DNA from: a virus
Taxonomy: Duplodnaviria; Caudoviricetes
Reading direction: 5' to 3' (one strand)
IMG/VR virus record: IMGVR_UViG_3300049573_000219
Span: 1-64,000 of that record
Length of the DNA stretch: 64,000 bases
This document shows positions 45,926-55,657 of this stretch, piece after piece. Below the pieces are notes generated by a model. That model did not search any database. It had not been told where the DNA came from and saw only the letters and a program-made list of their open reading frames with translations. Position 1 is the stretch's first letter. The number at the start of each line of letters is the position of its first letter. A program made the translations under genes and the position numbers.

Positions 45926-46411
45926 CTACTGGAAGCACTCGGGGCAAGGGGTCGAACCCCTGCCGTGGTTGGTCAGGTTGGCCACCCCGCACTGGGCGAC
46001 GTAGACGTTCAGGTCCCACGAGCCCCCGTGGTACTGGACCCTCTGGGCCCGGTGGAACACGCGGCCCTGGGCGGGGTCCTGGAGGTTGACCACGCCGCAC
46101 ACCTGACGGTGCCCGACCGGCTCGTACAGCTCCGCGCGGGCGTCGAAGCAGACCTTGCACACGTAGACCAGCAGCGCCCTTCCCGCCCACCGCTCTCCCG
46201 CGTCGGCCAGCGCCCGCAGCTCGCGGGAGATGTCCGTGCGCACCCGCTCGTGATCCACGGGGTAGGTCTGGGCGACGCGCCCGTAGTTCGACAGCACCAC
46301 CTCGGCCACCTTCAGCCGGTCCTCGAACGGCATGCCCGGGAGCAGCTTCTCCCCCAGCCGTTCCGCTTCGCGGACGCGCGTGGGATCCGTGATGTTGCGC
46401 ATGTCGGCCAC
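45926..46411 (-). CDS. Hypothetical protein
   Basis: Adjacent, CxxC motifs. Confidence 0.6.
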   Translation of the reverse strand: MADMRNITDPTRVREAERLGEKLLPGMPFEDRLKVAEVVLSNYGRVAQTYPVDHERVRTDISRELRALADAGERWAGRALLVYVCKVCFDARAELYEPVGHRQVCGVVNLQDPAQGRVFHRAQRVQYHGGSWDLNVYVAQCGVANLTNHGRGSTPCPECFQ

Positions 46412-46414
46412 GGC

Positions 46415-46891
46415 TCAGAACCCCTTGGATTCCCAGCGCACGCCGTACAGGCCGAGGCGGGGGTCGTCGGTCTGGGACACGAGACGGACGGTGTAGTGCC
46501 AGCCGCACGCCGTGCACGTCTCATCCCAGCCGCCGGTCCTCTGGGCCAGATCCGAGCTGACGTCGGCGTAGTTGAGGTGCCGGACGTTCAGAGTGCAGCA
46601 GGGAGAGGTGGTGATGACCTTCTCCGTGCTGCCCTTCTGGTAGACGGCGGGCCGGATCACGGCGACTCCCTTGCGGGAGGACCGGTAGTTCTCGTACGGC
46701 TCGCCGATCAGGTAGGTACGGGGCGAATCGGTACGAACCCACACGCCCTCGCCGTTCTTCTCGTACTCGTTGATCGAGATCCAGGCGCCCATCCCCAGGT
46801 GGGTGCCGTGGTCTTCGTCGAACCCCTCGATCGTGCGGAGCTGACCCTGGTAGACGACCTTGTCGCCACGCTTCGGCTCCATGAATTCCAT
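46415..46891 (-). CDS. Hypothetical protein
   Basis: GAGGAAGAGG RBS. Confidence 0.65.
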   Translation of the reverse strand: MEFMEPKRGDKVVYQGQLRTIEGFDEDHGTHLGMGAWISINEYEKNGEGVWVRTDSPRTYLIGEPYENYRSSRKGVAVIRPAVYQKGSTEKVITTSPCCTLNVRHLNYADVSSDLAQRTGGWDETCTACGWHYTVRLVSQTDDPRLGLYGVRWESKGF

Positions 46892-47232
46892 GCCTCTTCC
46901 TCATCCCTTCCGAAGTGATTCGCCTGGCTTCCAGGCGCCTTCCAGGCCGCTTCAGTCCTGGTCGATCGCCGGGAAGCCGGTCCTGCGCGTCCTCACCCGC
47001 TGGCGCCAGGAGGCCGCCGCCAGCTTGAGCCTGACCGGCTTGCCGTCGAGGTCCCAGTAACGCATCGCGAAGGCGTCGGGCGCCGGGACATCGTTCTGCG
47101 TGGCCCACTCGTACACGCCGTCCGCCGTGGGCTGCTGCTTCGGCACACCCTTCCCCTTTCTTCCGCTGACGGCCATCGTCAGGCAGCACTCCATGCTGCG
47201 ACCCCGCTGGCTGCGGGGTTTCGGCCTCGGTG

Positions 47233-47514
47233 TCAGTCGACCGGCTGGCGGCCTCTCCAGGTCCCGAACGGCTCCGCCAGCGGGCCGTCCTTGACGTAGT
47301 CCGGGTCCATCCAGTTCGCCGCCTGGATCGCGCCGCAGGCGCCGCACTCGCCACCGTCGGCGGAGTGCTCGTGGTAGCCGTTGAACTCGTCCCGGATCCG
47401 CGCCGCCCAGGTGCGGCGCATGGCCAGCTCATCCTCGGCGATCCGCTGGATCTCCTCCAGGATGCGCCGCCCGGCCAGCTCCTCGGCCGTGACGTGACGC
47501 TGCGGTCCCTTCAT
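47233..47514 (-). CDS. Hypothetical protein
   Basis: Coupled. Confidence 0.55.
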   Translation of the reverse strand: MKGPQRHVTAEELAGRRILEEIQRIAEDELAMRRTWAARIRDEFNGYHEHSADGGECGACGAIQAANWMDPDYVKDGPLAEPFGTWRGRQPVD

Positions 47515-47792
47515 CCCTCTTCTCCTTCCGTCGGCAGGTCCGGCGGACGGGGCGACAGCCTCGTGGCCATCAGCCAGCCCCGCACCCGGCGCTCCTGGTG
47601 CAGCTTCTCCGCGAGGATGCTGACGATCTCCTCCCGGAAGTACCGGCTCCAGTACTCCTGGAAGTCCGGTTCCGTGTCGTACGCGGTCAGCATGACCTCG
47701 CTGCTGGCGGTCGCCAGCGGAACCCCGAACAGCTCGACGACGATGACCGGCCGCCCGTTCCATTCGGTCTTCCCGATGCGTACCGCGTCCAT
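47511..47792 (-). CDS. Hypothetical protein
   Basis: Resembles upstream neighbour. Confidence 0.6.
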   Translation of the reverse strand: MDAVRIGKTEWNGRPVIVVELFGVPLATASSEVMLTAYDTEPDFQEYWSRYFREEIVSILAEKLHQERRVRGWLMATRLSPRPPDLPTEGEEG

Positions 47793-48094
47793 CAGTCCCT
47801 CCCGAAGGGGCCGAGGCGGTACACCTCACGGCCGATCGGGGACTCGGTGCGCCACTTCACGAAGTCGTGGTCGTAGCCCTCCGTCAGCACCTTGGCCAGC
47901 ATCCGGGCCAGCCGCGTTTCGAAGGTCTCCTGCCAGTCCTCGGTGTCCTGGTGGCCCGCCTCGAACTCGTGGGCATCGGCGTACAGAACCGGGATCCCCA
48001 GGATCTCCAGCACGTAGACCTCGTTGCCCTTCTGGTCCACGGCCAGGCCGACCCGGAACAGTCCCTGAACCTCGTTCACGTCGATCTTCGCCAT
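47792..48094 (-). CDS. Hypothetical protein
   Basis: MAKIDVNE..., RBS. Confidence 0.6.
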   Translation of the reverse strand: MAKIDVNEVQGLFRVGLAVDQKGNEVYVLEILGIPVLYADAHEFEAGHQDTEDWQETFETRLARMLAKVLTEGYDHDFVKWRTESPIGREVYRLGPFGRD

Positions 48095-48114
48095 GCCTCT
48101 CCCTCTCTCTTCCG

Positions 48115-48444
48115 TCAGTGCCGGTAGCGCGGCGCCGTCTTCTCCAGGTGGACCGCCCACGACCCGGGGCTCTCGCCCTCGCCGTCGTTCAGGTAGGCGT
48201 GTCGGCGGGCCGCGAATTCGGACCGGGCCTCGTGCGTTTCGCCCAGCCACTTCTTCACGTCGAGCGGGGCGCCCCAGGTCGTCACGCCCATCAGGCAGTC
48301 GCAGATCATCCCGCTGCCCTGCCGGGACAGGCAGTTCGTCCCGTGCTCGGCAGGCGGGATCTCCTTGAAGCCCATCTCCTGGAGGATCTGGATCTTCGTC
48401 TCCGGGGAGAGAGTGCTGTAGTCGATCTGGATTCCGTGCTGCAT
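48115..48444 (-). CDS. Hypothetical protein
   Basis: RBS GAAGAGG. Confidence 0.6.
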   Translation of the reverse strand: MQHGIQIDYSTLSPETKIQILQEMGFKEIPPAEHGTNCLSRQGSGMICDCLMGVTTWGAPLDVKKWLGETHEARSEFAARRHAYLNDGEGESPGSWAVHLEKTAPRYRH

Positions 48445-48463
48445 GGCCTCTTCTCGCTTTCCG

Positions 48464-48895
48464 TCAGTCCGTGGCGCGGTGCTCGAAGTGCGGGTGCCAG
48501 ATGCCGCCGTAGACGGCGACCTGAAGCACCTCGTCGATCGTGAACGGGTCGAACCCGTCGAGGTTGTCGCTGTACACCCAGGAGGCGCACGCGCGATCGG
48601 TCGCCGGACTCACCGGGTGGAACGGCTTGCTCTGGTCGGCCTTCTCCTCGGTGATCAGCTCGGCCGCCGTGTAGAGCACGGAGTACGTGATCACCTTGCG
48701 CAGGAGGCGTTCCGTGTCGAGCGGGTTGGTCACCGTGATGCGGTAGGCCCAGGTCTCGGGCGCCTCCCCGGCCGTCCAGTCCCCGTGGCGCTGGAACAGC
48801 GACCCCTGCCCGGGGATCTGGGACTGCCAGTGCTCGTACAGCTCCTGGACTCCGGATCCGAAGAACAGGGTCTCCACCTCGGACTTGAGGCTCAC
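48464..48895 (-). CDS. Hypothetical protein
   Basis: Coupled. Confidence 0.6.
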   Translation of the reverse strand: MSLKSEVETLFFGSGVQELYEHWQSQIPGQGSLFQRHGDWTAGEAPETWAYRITVTNPLDTERLLRKVITYSVLYTAAELITEEKADQSKPFHPVSPATDRACASWVYSDNLDGFDPFTIDEVLQVAVYGGIWHPHFEHRATD

Positions 48896-49401
48896 TTGAC
48901 CACCTCCAGCCAGCCCTGCGCCTGCGCGTACTCCAGGCTGCACACCTGGTCGCCGTGCCGGACCTCGACACCGTCGTGCGCCTTGATCCGGAAGGAGCAG
49001 TGGAGCGGAACCGTCAGGTGCACGCCGGGCTCCAGCGGTTCGCGCTTCACGCCGTCGACCGTCACCGTCGCACCGTCCCCGGTGGCGCAGTGGGTGATGC
49101 TGCCGCCCGAGACGATGCCGCCACGGCTGGCCGACACGACCGAGCCGCCGCCGGATACCGAACTCCCCTCCCGCAGGCCGAGCATGTCCTTCAGCATGCT
49201 GAGGAATCCCGGCCGTCCCACCTCGACGCCGAGGGCAACGATCCCGACCGGACCCGCCCAGGCTGCCTGCCCACGGTCGGCGAGCACGTCCACGGAGCGG
49301 TACTCCGTGTCCGGGTCGACGTGAATGAACACCCGGTTCTCCGGGGCCTGGACGATGACCCGTCCCGCGCCCGCCAGGTGGTGCCTGTGCATCAGTCGCA
49401 T
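48892..49401 (-). CDS. Hypothetical protein
   Basis: RBS. Confidence 0.6.
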   Translation of the reverse strand: MRLMHRHHLAGAGRVIVQAPENRVFIHVDPDTEYRSVDVLADRGQAAWAGPVGIVALGVEVGRPGFLSMLKDMLGLREGSSVSGGGSVVSASRGGIVSGGSITHCATGDGATVTVDGVKREPLEPGVHLTVPLHCSFRIKAHDGVEVRHGDQVCSLEYAQAQGWLEVVK

Positions 49402-49423
49402 GTCCTTCTCCTCTTCCGTCTCT

Positions 49424-49804
49424 CTACCTGTCGTTCCCGAGCGCGTGACGGCATCCTGTCGTGAAGTGCTCCCTGGCGGCCCGGACCTCCTGCTCGGATC
49501 CGCCGCCCATGCTCAGCTCGATCACCGCGTCACGGAACGCGCGCATCCGGGACAGCAGCTCTTCGTTGCAGTGCTCGGCGGCGGCCTCGAAGGCTTTCTC
49601 CAGCTCCTGCGCGCGGTCCACGTCGGAGCTGTGACTGGCTCCGATCCGGCCCGGCCGCTGAGCGTCGGCCGCCTTCATGATGACCTCGATGAAGAGGTCG
49701 GCCGCCTTCTTGCTCTGGCGGGGTTCGTCCTGCCCGAACAAGAGTGGTTCCTGCGGCTTCTCGGGCTCCTGATCCTGCTGTTTGCGCTTGCCGAAGATCT
49801 TCAT
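49424..49804 (-). CDS. Hypothetical protein
   Basis: Coupled. Confidence 0.6.
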   Translation of the reverse strand: MKIFGKRKQQDQEPEKPQEPLLFGQDEPRQSKKAADLFIEVIMKAADAQRPGRIGASHSSDVDRAQELEKAFEAAAEHCNEELLSRMRAFRDAVIELSMGGGSEQEVRAAREHFTTGCRHALGNDR

Positions 49805-50301
49805 GCGTTTCCTTCGTCTCCCAGGAAAGTCAGCAGGATGGGCGGCCTGACGAAGCAGGCGTGGATCTGGTGAAGGTGGAGGATCCCGGCCGGGGTGAGG
49901 TCTCCCCACTGCGCCTGCCAGAACTCGCCGGTCTTCGTGCTGCGTATCGTGCGAGCGGTCGTCCCCATCTGCGTGGCCTGGACGATCTGCATCGACAGGT
50001 CGCTCGACGGAAACTGGGCCCGGAGTGTCGCCGCCTTGGCGCGCTCACCGCGCTCCTCGAACAGGCTCGCCGCTTCCTCCAGGAGGGCGACGTCGTCGGC
50101 GCGGATCGCGTCGGCCGTCCAGAGCGGCGGAACGGACGTCAGGAGCTTCCCCTGCGGCCTGAGCAGCGTGATGGCGGCGCCGACTGCGCAGCGGTCCGGC
50201 CTGTCGGTCCGTGGCAGGACGGCCAGCACGTACATGCCGGGTCCCTCGACCTCCTCCCAGAGGTCCCCCGCCTCGGGGAATACGACCAAGTCGTTTGCCA
50301 T
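49801..50301 (-). CDS. Hypothetical protein
   Basis: AAGGAG RBS, TAGACT -10-like box. Confidence 0.65.
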   Translation of the reverse strand: MANDLVVFPEAGDLWEEVEGPGMYVLAVLPRTDRPDRCAVGAAITLLRPQGKLLTSVPPLWTADAIRADDVALLEEAASLFEERGERAKAATLRAQFPSSDLSMQIVQATQMGTTARTIRSTKTGEFWQAQWGDLTPAGILHLHQIHACFVRPPILLTFLGDEGNA

Positions 50302-50401
50302 TTCATCTCCTTCCGTGCGCGGAGTCTATCATCGATCGGCCTAGGTCATGCCGGAAACACGTCGAGGGGCGACCCCTGATCAGGGCCGCCCCTCGGGTCG
50401 G

Positions 50402-50686
50402 TCAGTCGAGTACCCGCTTGCCGTTGACGACCTCGTACTCGTACCAGTAGAAGATCTCACCGTCGCTGCACGGAACCATCTCGTGCCGCACATGACCGCG
50501 CAGCACCGTCCAGCTCTCCCCGTCGATATCGAGGCAGTAGCCACGGGGCAGGAGGGGCATCGCGGGCTTCTCCCGGTACCTCGCGCCGGTCTCCGGGCGT
50601 ACCGCAACGCTGGAGAACGCCGCCGGAGGGCCGTTGTACAGGCCGTCAACAGGGCCGATCGGGAGAACGGTGATCCTGTCCAGCAT
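50402..50686 (-). CDS. Hypothetical protein
   Basis: TGATG coupling. Confidence 0.55.
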   Translation of the reverse strand: MLDRITVLPIGPVDGLYNGPPAAFSSVAVRPETGARYREKPAMPLLPRGYCLDIDGESWTVLRGHVRHEMVPCSDGEIFYWYEYEVVNGKRVLD

Positions 50687-51117
50687 CAGGAACCCGACCC
50701 GAACTTGAAGAGCCAGATCCCCTCGTGGTTGTTGACCACGATCATCCCCTCCTCCTTCTTGTCGGAGAGGAAGGTGCGGGTCAGCTCCTCCTTCATCTGC
50801 TCCAGGAGCATCGAAGAGAAGCGCTTCTCGTCGGTGGCGTCCCAGTACTCCTCGAACTCCACCGACACCAGCTCGTCCTCGTCGTCGTAGCGGCGCACCT
50901 GGGCCTCCAGGGCGCGCTCGACGGCTGCGGAGTCGAGCGTGCCGGTCAGCTCCTCCAGGTCGACGCCGCGCCGGGAGGCGTCCTTCCACAGGGCCTCGGC
51001 TGCGGCCGTGATGTCGAAGGAGCTGGTCGACTGAAGTGCGGGCTTGCGGGAGTAGTCGGTGTTGGCGGCCACCTCGGCGAACCGGTCGGCGAATCCGCTC
51101 AGACCTCGCTGCTGCAT
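50686..51117 (-). CDS. Acidic hypothetical protein
   Basis: AGGAG RBS. Confidence 0.6.
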   Translation of the reverse strand: MQQRGLSGFADRFAEVAANTDYSRKPALQSTSSFDITAAAEALWKDASRRGVDLEELTGTLDSAAVERALEAQVRRYDDEDELVSVEFEEYWDATDEKRFSSMLLEQMKEELTRTFLSDKKEEGMIVVNNHEGIWLFKFGSGS

Positions 51118-51135
51118 GCTTCTTCTCCTGTTCCG

Positions 51136-51441
51136 TCAGTCCACTGCGATCCAGCCGGGCCCGATGCTCCCGGTCTGGAGTTCCGTCACATGCTTCCACA
51201 CCGGCTCGGTCCGGTGCCTGGGATCCAGGCCCGTCTTCCGGCCGGACGTGAGGATGGTGAAGTGCCGGGCATCCATCGCCAACAGGGGCTTGCCCAGCAC
51301 GCTGACGCGGGACGCCAGGTCTTCCTTCAGCTCGGCGTCGGCCCGGACCCACAGGCCGCCGTCCTCGTCCACGCCGACATACCTGCCGTGCAGCCACTGC
51401 GGGGGAGCCGGGTCGGCGTCGAACAGATCCTGTGGTTTCAT
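51136..51441 (-). CDS. Hypothetical protein
   Basis: GGAG RBS. Confidence 0.6.
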   Translation of the reverse strand: MKPQDLFDADPAPPQWLHGRYVGVDEDGGLWVRADAELKEDLASRVSVLGKPLLAMDARHFTILTSGRKTGLDPRHRTEPVWKHVTELQTGSIGPGWIAVD

Positions 51442-51608
51442 CTCTCTCCAGACATGAGAAGAGGGGCGCCCGAGCGGGCGCCCCTTACGGGCTCAGCGGC
51501 CCTGCTCCTCGGCCTCGCGCGCTTCCTTGAGCGCCTTGCCGGGCTCGCGCACCGGCAGACCGTTCTGCGTCTCCGCCATGTTCCCCTCCTCTCCTGACCT
51601 AGGCCAGT

Positions 51609-51944
51609 CTAGCGTGTTGCGTGCGTGATCAGAAGTCGTCGTGACGGCCGGAGCGTGTGCCAGATCTCCCTTTCCGGAGGGATCTGGTCTCCGAGGTTCC
51701 GCGCGCACCGGTAGAACAGGACGGAGAACTTGCCCAGGTTCGGAGACAGGTCCGGCTTGAGCGGCGCGTCGATCCGCAGGGAGGGTGCGGCAGCCAGAAG
51801 CGTGCTCGCGAACATCCCCTCCTCGGTCAGCGTGTCCGCCTCGTAGAAGATCCCGCTCGTCGAGGCGACGCGCTCGTGGCCACCCGTGGGGTTCACGATC
51901 TGGACCGTCAGCACGTAGAAGAACGAGGCGGCCCTGCCGTTCAC
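51609..51944 (-). CDS. Hypothetical protein
   Basis: Coupled. Confidence 0.55.
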   Translation of the reverse strand: MNGRAASFFYVLTVQIVNPTGGHERVASTSGIFYEADTLTEEGMFASTLLAAAPSLRIDAPLKPDLSPNLGKFSVLFYRCARNLGDQIPPEREIWHTLRPSRRLLITHATR

Positions 51945-52207
51945 AGCATCTCCTCGATCAGCAGCAGAGCCTCCGCCTTGCCGATCTGACCGGCCAGAAC
52001 CAGGAGGGCCTGCGCCCCCTGCTCCTCGGTGAGCCCGAGGATCATCCCCTCCGGGTGGTCCCCGTCGACCGGGACCAGCACGTCGGTGCCGTCCACCATC
52101 GCCAGGGACTCCAGCAGGACGGGCCGGTGGCCGTACCAGTCGTCGTCCTCCAGGTCGGCGTCCGCGTTCCGCACGACGGCCTCGTGGTTGATCTCGCTGT
52201 GGTGCAT
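51941..52207 (-). CDS. Acidic hypothetical protein
   Basis: RBS. Confidence 0.55.
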   Translation of the reverse strand: MHHSEINHEAVVRNADADLEDDDWYGHRPVLLESLAMVDGTDVLVPVDGDHPEGMILGLTEEQGAQALLVLAGQIGKAEALLLIEEML

Positions 52208-52273
52208 CTCTTCTCCGTTTCCGTGAGATTCCACGGCGAAGGCCCGGCTGCGGCCGGGCCCCACCGAAGCCCC

Positions 52274-52807
52274 TCAGACGGTGCAGTCGGTGTCCTTGGC
52301 GGCCAGGTACTGTGCCACCCTGACCAGATCCTCCGGCGCGCAGACATGACCCTCGGCCGCCTCGCCGAGCGCGCTCAGCTTGGGGTCCTCATCCCCGTAC
52401 GTGAGGTTCGTGTCGCAGCGCTCGCAGACCATGCTCACCTGGCTGGCGTAGAGCTGGAAGGCGGTCATTCCGGCCGGTCCGTTCAGCCGCATCGCCCACC
52501 AGCGACAGATCCGCAGCAACCAGTCCGGCGTCTGCGAATCCTCCTCCAGCGGGTTCACGAACGTGGCGTCGTAGTGCCGCTTCGTCGGGTTCCCGCTGGA
52601 GGCATGCACCTTCGGGCCGCGCACGAGCGCCAGGCCGACCGACCACTCCTGACCTTCCGGAAACGCCTGGATCAGCACGTGAACCGGGCGCACCGTCGGC
52701 GAGCCGGGAAGGTTCGGGTTGTGCGTGTCGGGTGCCCCCTCGACGTCGAGGGTCAGCTTCAGGATCGACAGCTCGTCCTCGTTGACCGTGACCTTCACGT
52801 CGTTCAC
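52274..52807 (-). CDS. Hypothetical protein
   Basis: Coupled. Confidence 0.6.
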   Translation of the reverse strand: MNDVKVTVNEDELSILKLTLDVEGAPDTHNPNLPGSPTVRPVHVLIQAFPEGQEWSVGLALVRGPKVHASSGNPTKRHYDATFVNPLEEDSQTPDWLLRICRWWAMRLNGPAGMTAFQLYASQVSMVCERCDTNLTYGDEDPKLSALGEAAEGHVCAPEDLVRVAQYLAAKDTDCTV

Positions 52808-53025
52808 TTCTTCGCCCCTTCCTCGGCCGCCTTCAGTACGGCCAACAGGTCTCTGCGGTCGACGGCGTACAGCCGGTACGGCCAGCCGGGGGAGCGGTAC
52901 TTCTCCGAACTCCCGATCTCGCTGGCCACATTCACGTCGTTCGGATGCTGCTCCAGCCAGAGGCGGATCCGGCCGACGGCCGCGCCGACATCCTCGCCGG
53001 GACGCATCTCAGGGTTGTCACTCAT
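52804..53025 (-). CDS. Hypothetical protein
   Basis: Coupled. Confidence 0.55.
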   Translation of the reverse strand: MSDNPEMRPGEDVGAAVGRIRLWLEQHPNDVNVASEIGSSEKYRSPGWPYRLYAVDRRDLLAVLKAAEEGAKK

Positions 53026-53327
53026 GCCGCCGCCAGGAACTTCAGTTCCGGCCGGACGCACGCCTGGCGGACCAGCATGGCCAGCGGCTGCGTACCGGCG
53101 GTGACCAGACCCACCAGGCTGGAGGCGTACCGGTGCTCGAAGCCGCGCGCCAGCAGCTTGCTGAACACGTCGGCCCGCACCACCCGGTCGGCGCCCGGCA
53201 GGCGGCGCAGGAGTGCGTACAGGTGAAGGAACTCCTCCCGGTCCATCGCCGAGTTCTCCGGGGTGCTGCCGGTGATCAGCTCGATCCGGAGAAGTTCCAT
53301 CTGGGGCGTGCCGCTGTCGATCCTCAC
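53022..53327 (-). CDS. Hypothetical protein
   Basis: Coupled. Confidence 0.55.
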   Translation of the reverse strand: MRIDSGTPQMELLRIELITGSTPENSAMDREEFLHLYALLRRLPGADRVVRADVFSKLLARGFEHRYASSLVGLVTAGTQPLAMLVRQACVRPELKFLAAA

Positions 53328-53950
53328 TCCTGACCCTCCTTGCCGTTGTCGATGACCAGAACCTCCGGGTCCCAGCCACCGTCGGCCCGGTCGATGTAGC
53401 AGGCGACCGAGGTGACGGACTGCCCGCGCGTCACCGCACGGGCGGGAGCCAGGACGGAGCCGACGTAGAACCCCTTCTTGGCGTTGTTGCGGATCCGAAC
53501 CTTCTCGCTCTGAGCCTGCGACTCGTTGAAGGTGTCACCGGTACGGCGCCCCTCATCGTCCAGGAGTGACCAGAAGGACCCGTACTGGCCGTAGACCTCA
53601 CGCGCCGGGACCAGCTTGCCCTCCAGGTCGAAGAGGGCCGGGAACTCCCACATGCCGCCGTTCTCGGCGATGTCGGCCTGGAGCCTGTACTTCTGGGCGT
53701 TGATCCCACTCGCCCACTGCGAGAGGGCACCGTCGGTGTCGCACCGGTCGAACGAGTCGGCCGCCTCCCGGTCCCTTCCGCGCGCCAGCTCGCGCAGTTC
53801 CTCGGCCTTCCTCCGGGCCGCCTCCACGTCGTACTGGAATCCGACCTGAGCGGCGAACGGGAGGTTCAGCCCCAGCTCCTCGGCCAGCTCCTTCGCCAGG
53901 GCCGTCTCCTCGTCGCGGGTCATCGCCACGTTCTTCTCCTCTTCCGTCAT
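53324..53950 (-). CDS. Conserved-looking phage hypothetical protein
   Basis: SFDRCDTDGALSQWA motif. Confidence 0.65.
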   Translation of the reverse strand: MTEEEKNVAMTRDEETALAKELAEELGLNLPFAAQVGFQYDVEAARRKAEELRELARGRDREAADSFDRCDTDGALSQWASGINAQKYRLQADIAENGGMWEFPALFDLEGKLVPAREVYGQYGSFWSLLDDEGRRTGDTFNESQAQSEKVRIRNNAKKGFYVGSVLAPARAVTRGQSVTSVACYIDRADGGWDPEVLVIDNGKEGQE

Positions 53951-54141
53951 TCGATGATGAAGGTCCCGACGCTGACGGACTCGACGCCGAACTGCTCGGC
54001 GGTCTCCGCCAGGATCTTCGGGTCCCTGAAGTTCTCCCGCTCGACCTCGGCCCGGTCGGCGGGCGTCTCGCTCTCGGGGTACAGGTCCGGGTCGACCGGG
54101 AACTTCAGGACGACCGTGACCCGCATGAACTCCTGCGGCAT
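53947..54141 (-). CDS. Hypothetical protein
   Basis: Coupled. Confidence 0.55.
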   Translation of the reverse strand: MPQEFMRVTVVLKFPVDPDLYPESETPADRAEVERENFRDPKILAETAEQFGVESVSVGTFIIE

Positions 54142-54142
54142 G

Positions 54143-54598
54143 TCATCCTTCCGGCTCGTCGAGTCCGTAGACGTAGACCACGGAGAAGTTGTCAGCCAGC
54201 CAGAACTGCACCCGCCGGGCGACCAGGGCCTTCGGCAGGCCGCCGAGCCCGCACCCCAGGGCGGGGACGGCCACCGAGATCAGGCCCGTCGTGTCCAGGT
54301 ACTCCTTCAGGGCGGCCAGCCCCAGGTCCACGTCCTCGATCCGAGAGTTGTCCCGCCAGTGCCGCTTGGTGGCGATGCTCAGGATCCGGCGCCCGTCCGG
54401 CAGGACCGCGTCGTGCACCCGGCCGGGCCGCATCTTGCCCTCCCGGCAGAAGGTCACGTACTCCTCCACCTGGGCAGGCCACCGGTCCCGGAACTGCCGG
54501 GCCAGACCGGCGCCCGGGACGCCGATGCAGTTGACCGGGTTGACCAGACCCTGCGCCTGCGATTCCAGGAGGTTCCCGCTGGTCCAGATCAGCGGCAT
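54143..54598 (-). CDS. Macrodomain protein (DarG/Poa1p-like ADP-ribose hydrolase)
   Basis: GNLL, VNPVNC.GV.GAGLARQF, ATKRHW, SVAVPALGCGLGGL. Confidence 0.9.
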   Translation of the reverse strand: MPLIWTSGNLLESQAQGLVNPVNCIGVPGAGLARQFRDRWPAQVEEYVTFCREGKMRPGRVHDAVLPDGRRILSIATKRHWRDNSRIEDVDLGLAALKEYLDTTGLISVAVPALGCGLGGLPKALVARRVQFWLADNFSVVYVYGLDEPEG

Positions 54599-54607
54599 GT
54601 CAGCCCT

Positions 54608-54919
54608 TCACCACGCCCGGTAGGGGAAGATCAGGATGTAGATCCCGCCCTCCATGCGGCCGGAGACGACCAGGTTGTTGAGCATGGTGTAGGCATCCGG
54701 CTGCTCTCCGTCGCCGTCTCTCCACGCCCCGATCTGCATGATGTCGGCGATGCTGGGTGCGCAGGTACGGAAGTCGAAGACGATCTTGCGTCCGGCTTCC
54801 GGGTTGCCGGTCCCCTTCAGCAGGTCGTACTCCTTGCCGAACGCCTCCGAGATGAAGTCCTGCATGTCCTTCTCCAGGACCAGGCGTGCCGGGCATTCCT
54901 CGAACTTTGGTGCTCGCAT
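54608..54919 (-). CDS. Hypothetical protein
   Basis: First gene after promoter/operator. Confidence 0.65.
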   Translation of the reverse strand: MRAPKFEECPARLVLEKDMQDFISEAFGKEYDLLKGTGNPEAGRKIVFDFRTCAPSIADIMQIGAWRDGDGEQPDAYTMLNNLVVSGRMEGGIYILIFPYRAW

Positions 54920-54939
54920 TGTCTCTTCCCCTTCCGAAA

Positions 54940-54951
54940 TGGCCTAGGTCA
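54940..54951. promoter_or_regulatory. Operator motif B (TGRCCYRGGYCA), representative site
   Basis: TGGCCTAGGTCA; recurs intergenically at 13908, 18940, 21628, 29405, 50337, 51595, 60406 (weaker 10962, 37374). Confidence 0.65.
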
Positions 54952-55007
54952 CACGATACGCAGAAGGGGCCCCGGCCGCAACCGGAGCCCCTGCCGCATG
55001 AGCCGCC

Positions 55008-55331
55008 CTACTCCGGGGCGTCGACCGGCGTTGCCGGGTGCAGCGCGATGCCGGGGACCGAGAGCTTGAGCGCTTCGGTCACCCGGTCGGCGGTGGCCTC
55101 GTCCCGGGTCATGAAGAAGACCGCCTTGCCACCCTTGGCGAGTGAGACGTGAACGATGAAGCCGCCCTCCGGCCCCATCCACTTCTCCTCGTTCTTCAGG
55201 ACGCCGCCCTGGACCTTGGCGTAGCCGCGCTCGGTCAGCGACTGCATGATCTGGTAGTGGTAGTTCTCCTGCGTCGAGAAGACCTTGCTGTCGTTCTCGC
55301 CGAAGGTGTTGACGTAGACGTGTCCGGCCAC
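55008..55331 (-). CDS. Hypothetical protein
   Basis: GGGAG RBS. Confidence 0.6.
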   Translation of the reverse strand: MAGHVYVNTFGENDSKVFSTQENYHYQIMQSLTERGYAKVQGGVLKNEEKWMGPEGGFIVHVSLAKGGKAVFFMTRDEATADRVTEALKLSVPGIALHPATPVDAPE

Positions 55332-55423
55332 TGTTTTCTCCCATTCCGCACTCTCTGACGACCATCGTCAGGCAGGGCTCCCATTCGCCCCACGACCCCC
55401 TCTCAGGGGTTTCGGTCCCGGGG

Positions 55424-55657
55424 TCAGATCTTCAGGCCGCGCCGGGCGGCGGCGAGCACCACCCGGATGGCGTGCTCCTCGCCGGACCGGACCGCACTCT
55501 CCAGTCGCAGGTGAGTGAGTTCGTCGGACAGCTCGGGGCTCGCCGACAGGGATCCCATCATGAGGTTGGCGAACCACATCCGGGACTCCTCTCCCAGGTC
55601 CGGAAGGACCACGCCCAGCCCCCTGGCGATCCCCTCTGCGGTAGGGATTCCGCTCAC
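55424..55657 (-). CDS. Hypothetical protein
   Basis: Coupled. Confidence 0.5.
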   Translation of the reverse strand: MSGIPTAEGIARGLGVVLPDLGEESRMWFANLMMGSLSASPELSDELTHLRLESAVRSGEEHAIRVVLAAARRGLKI

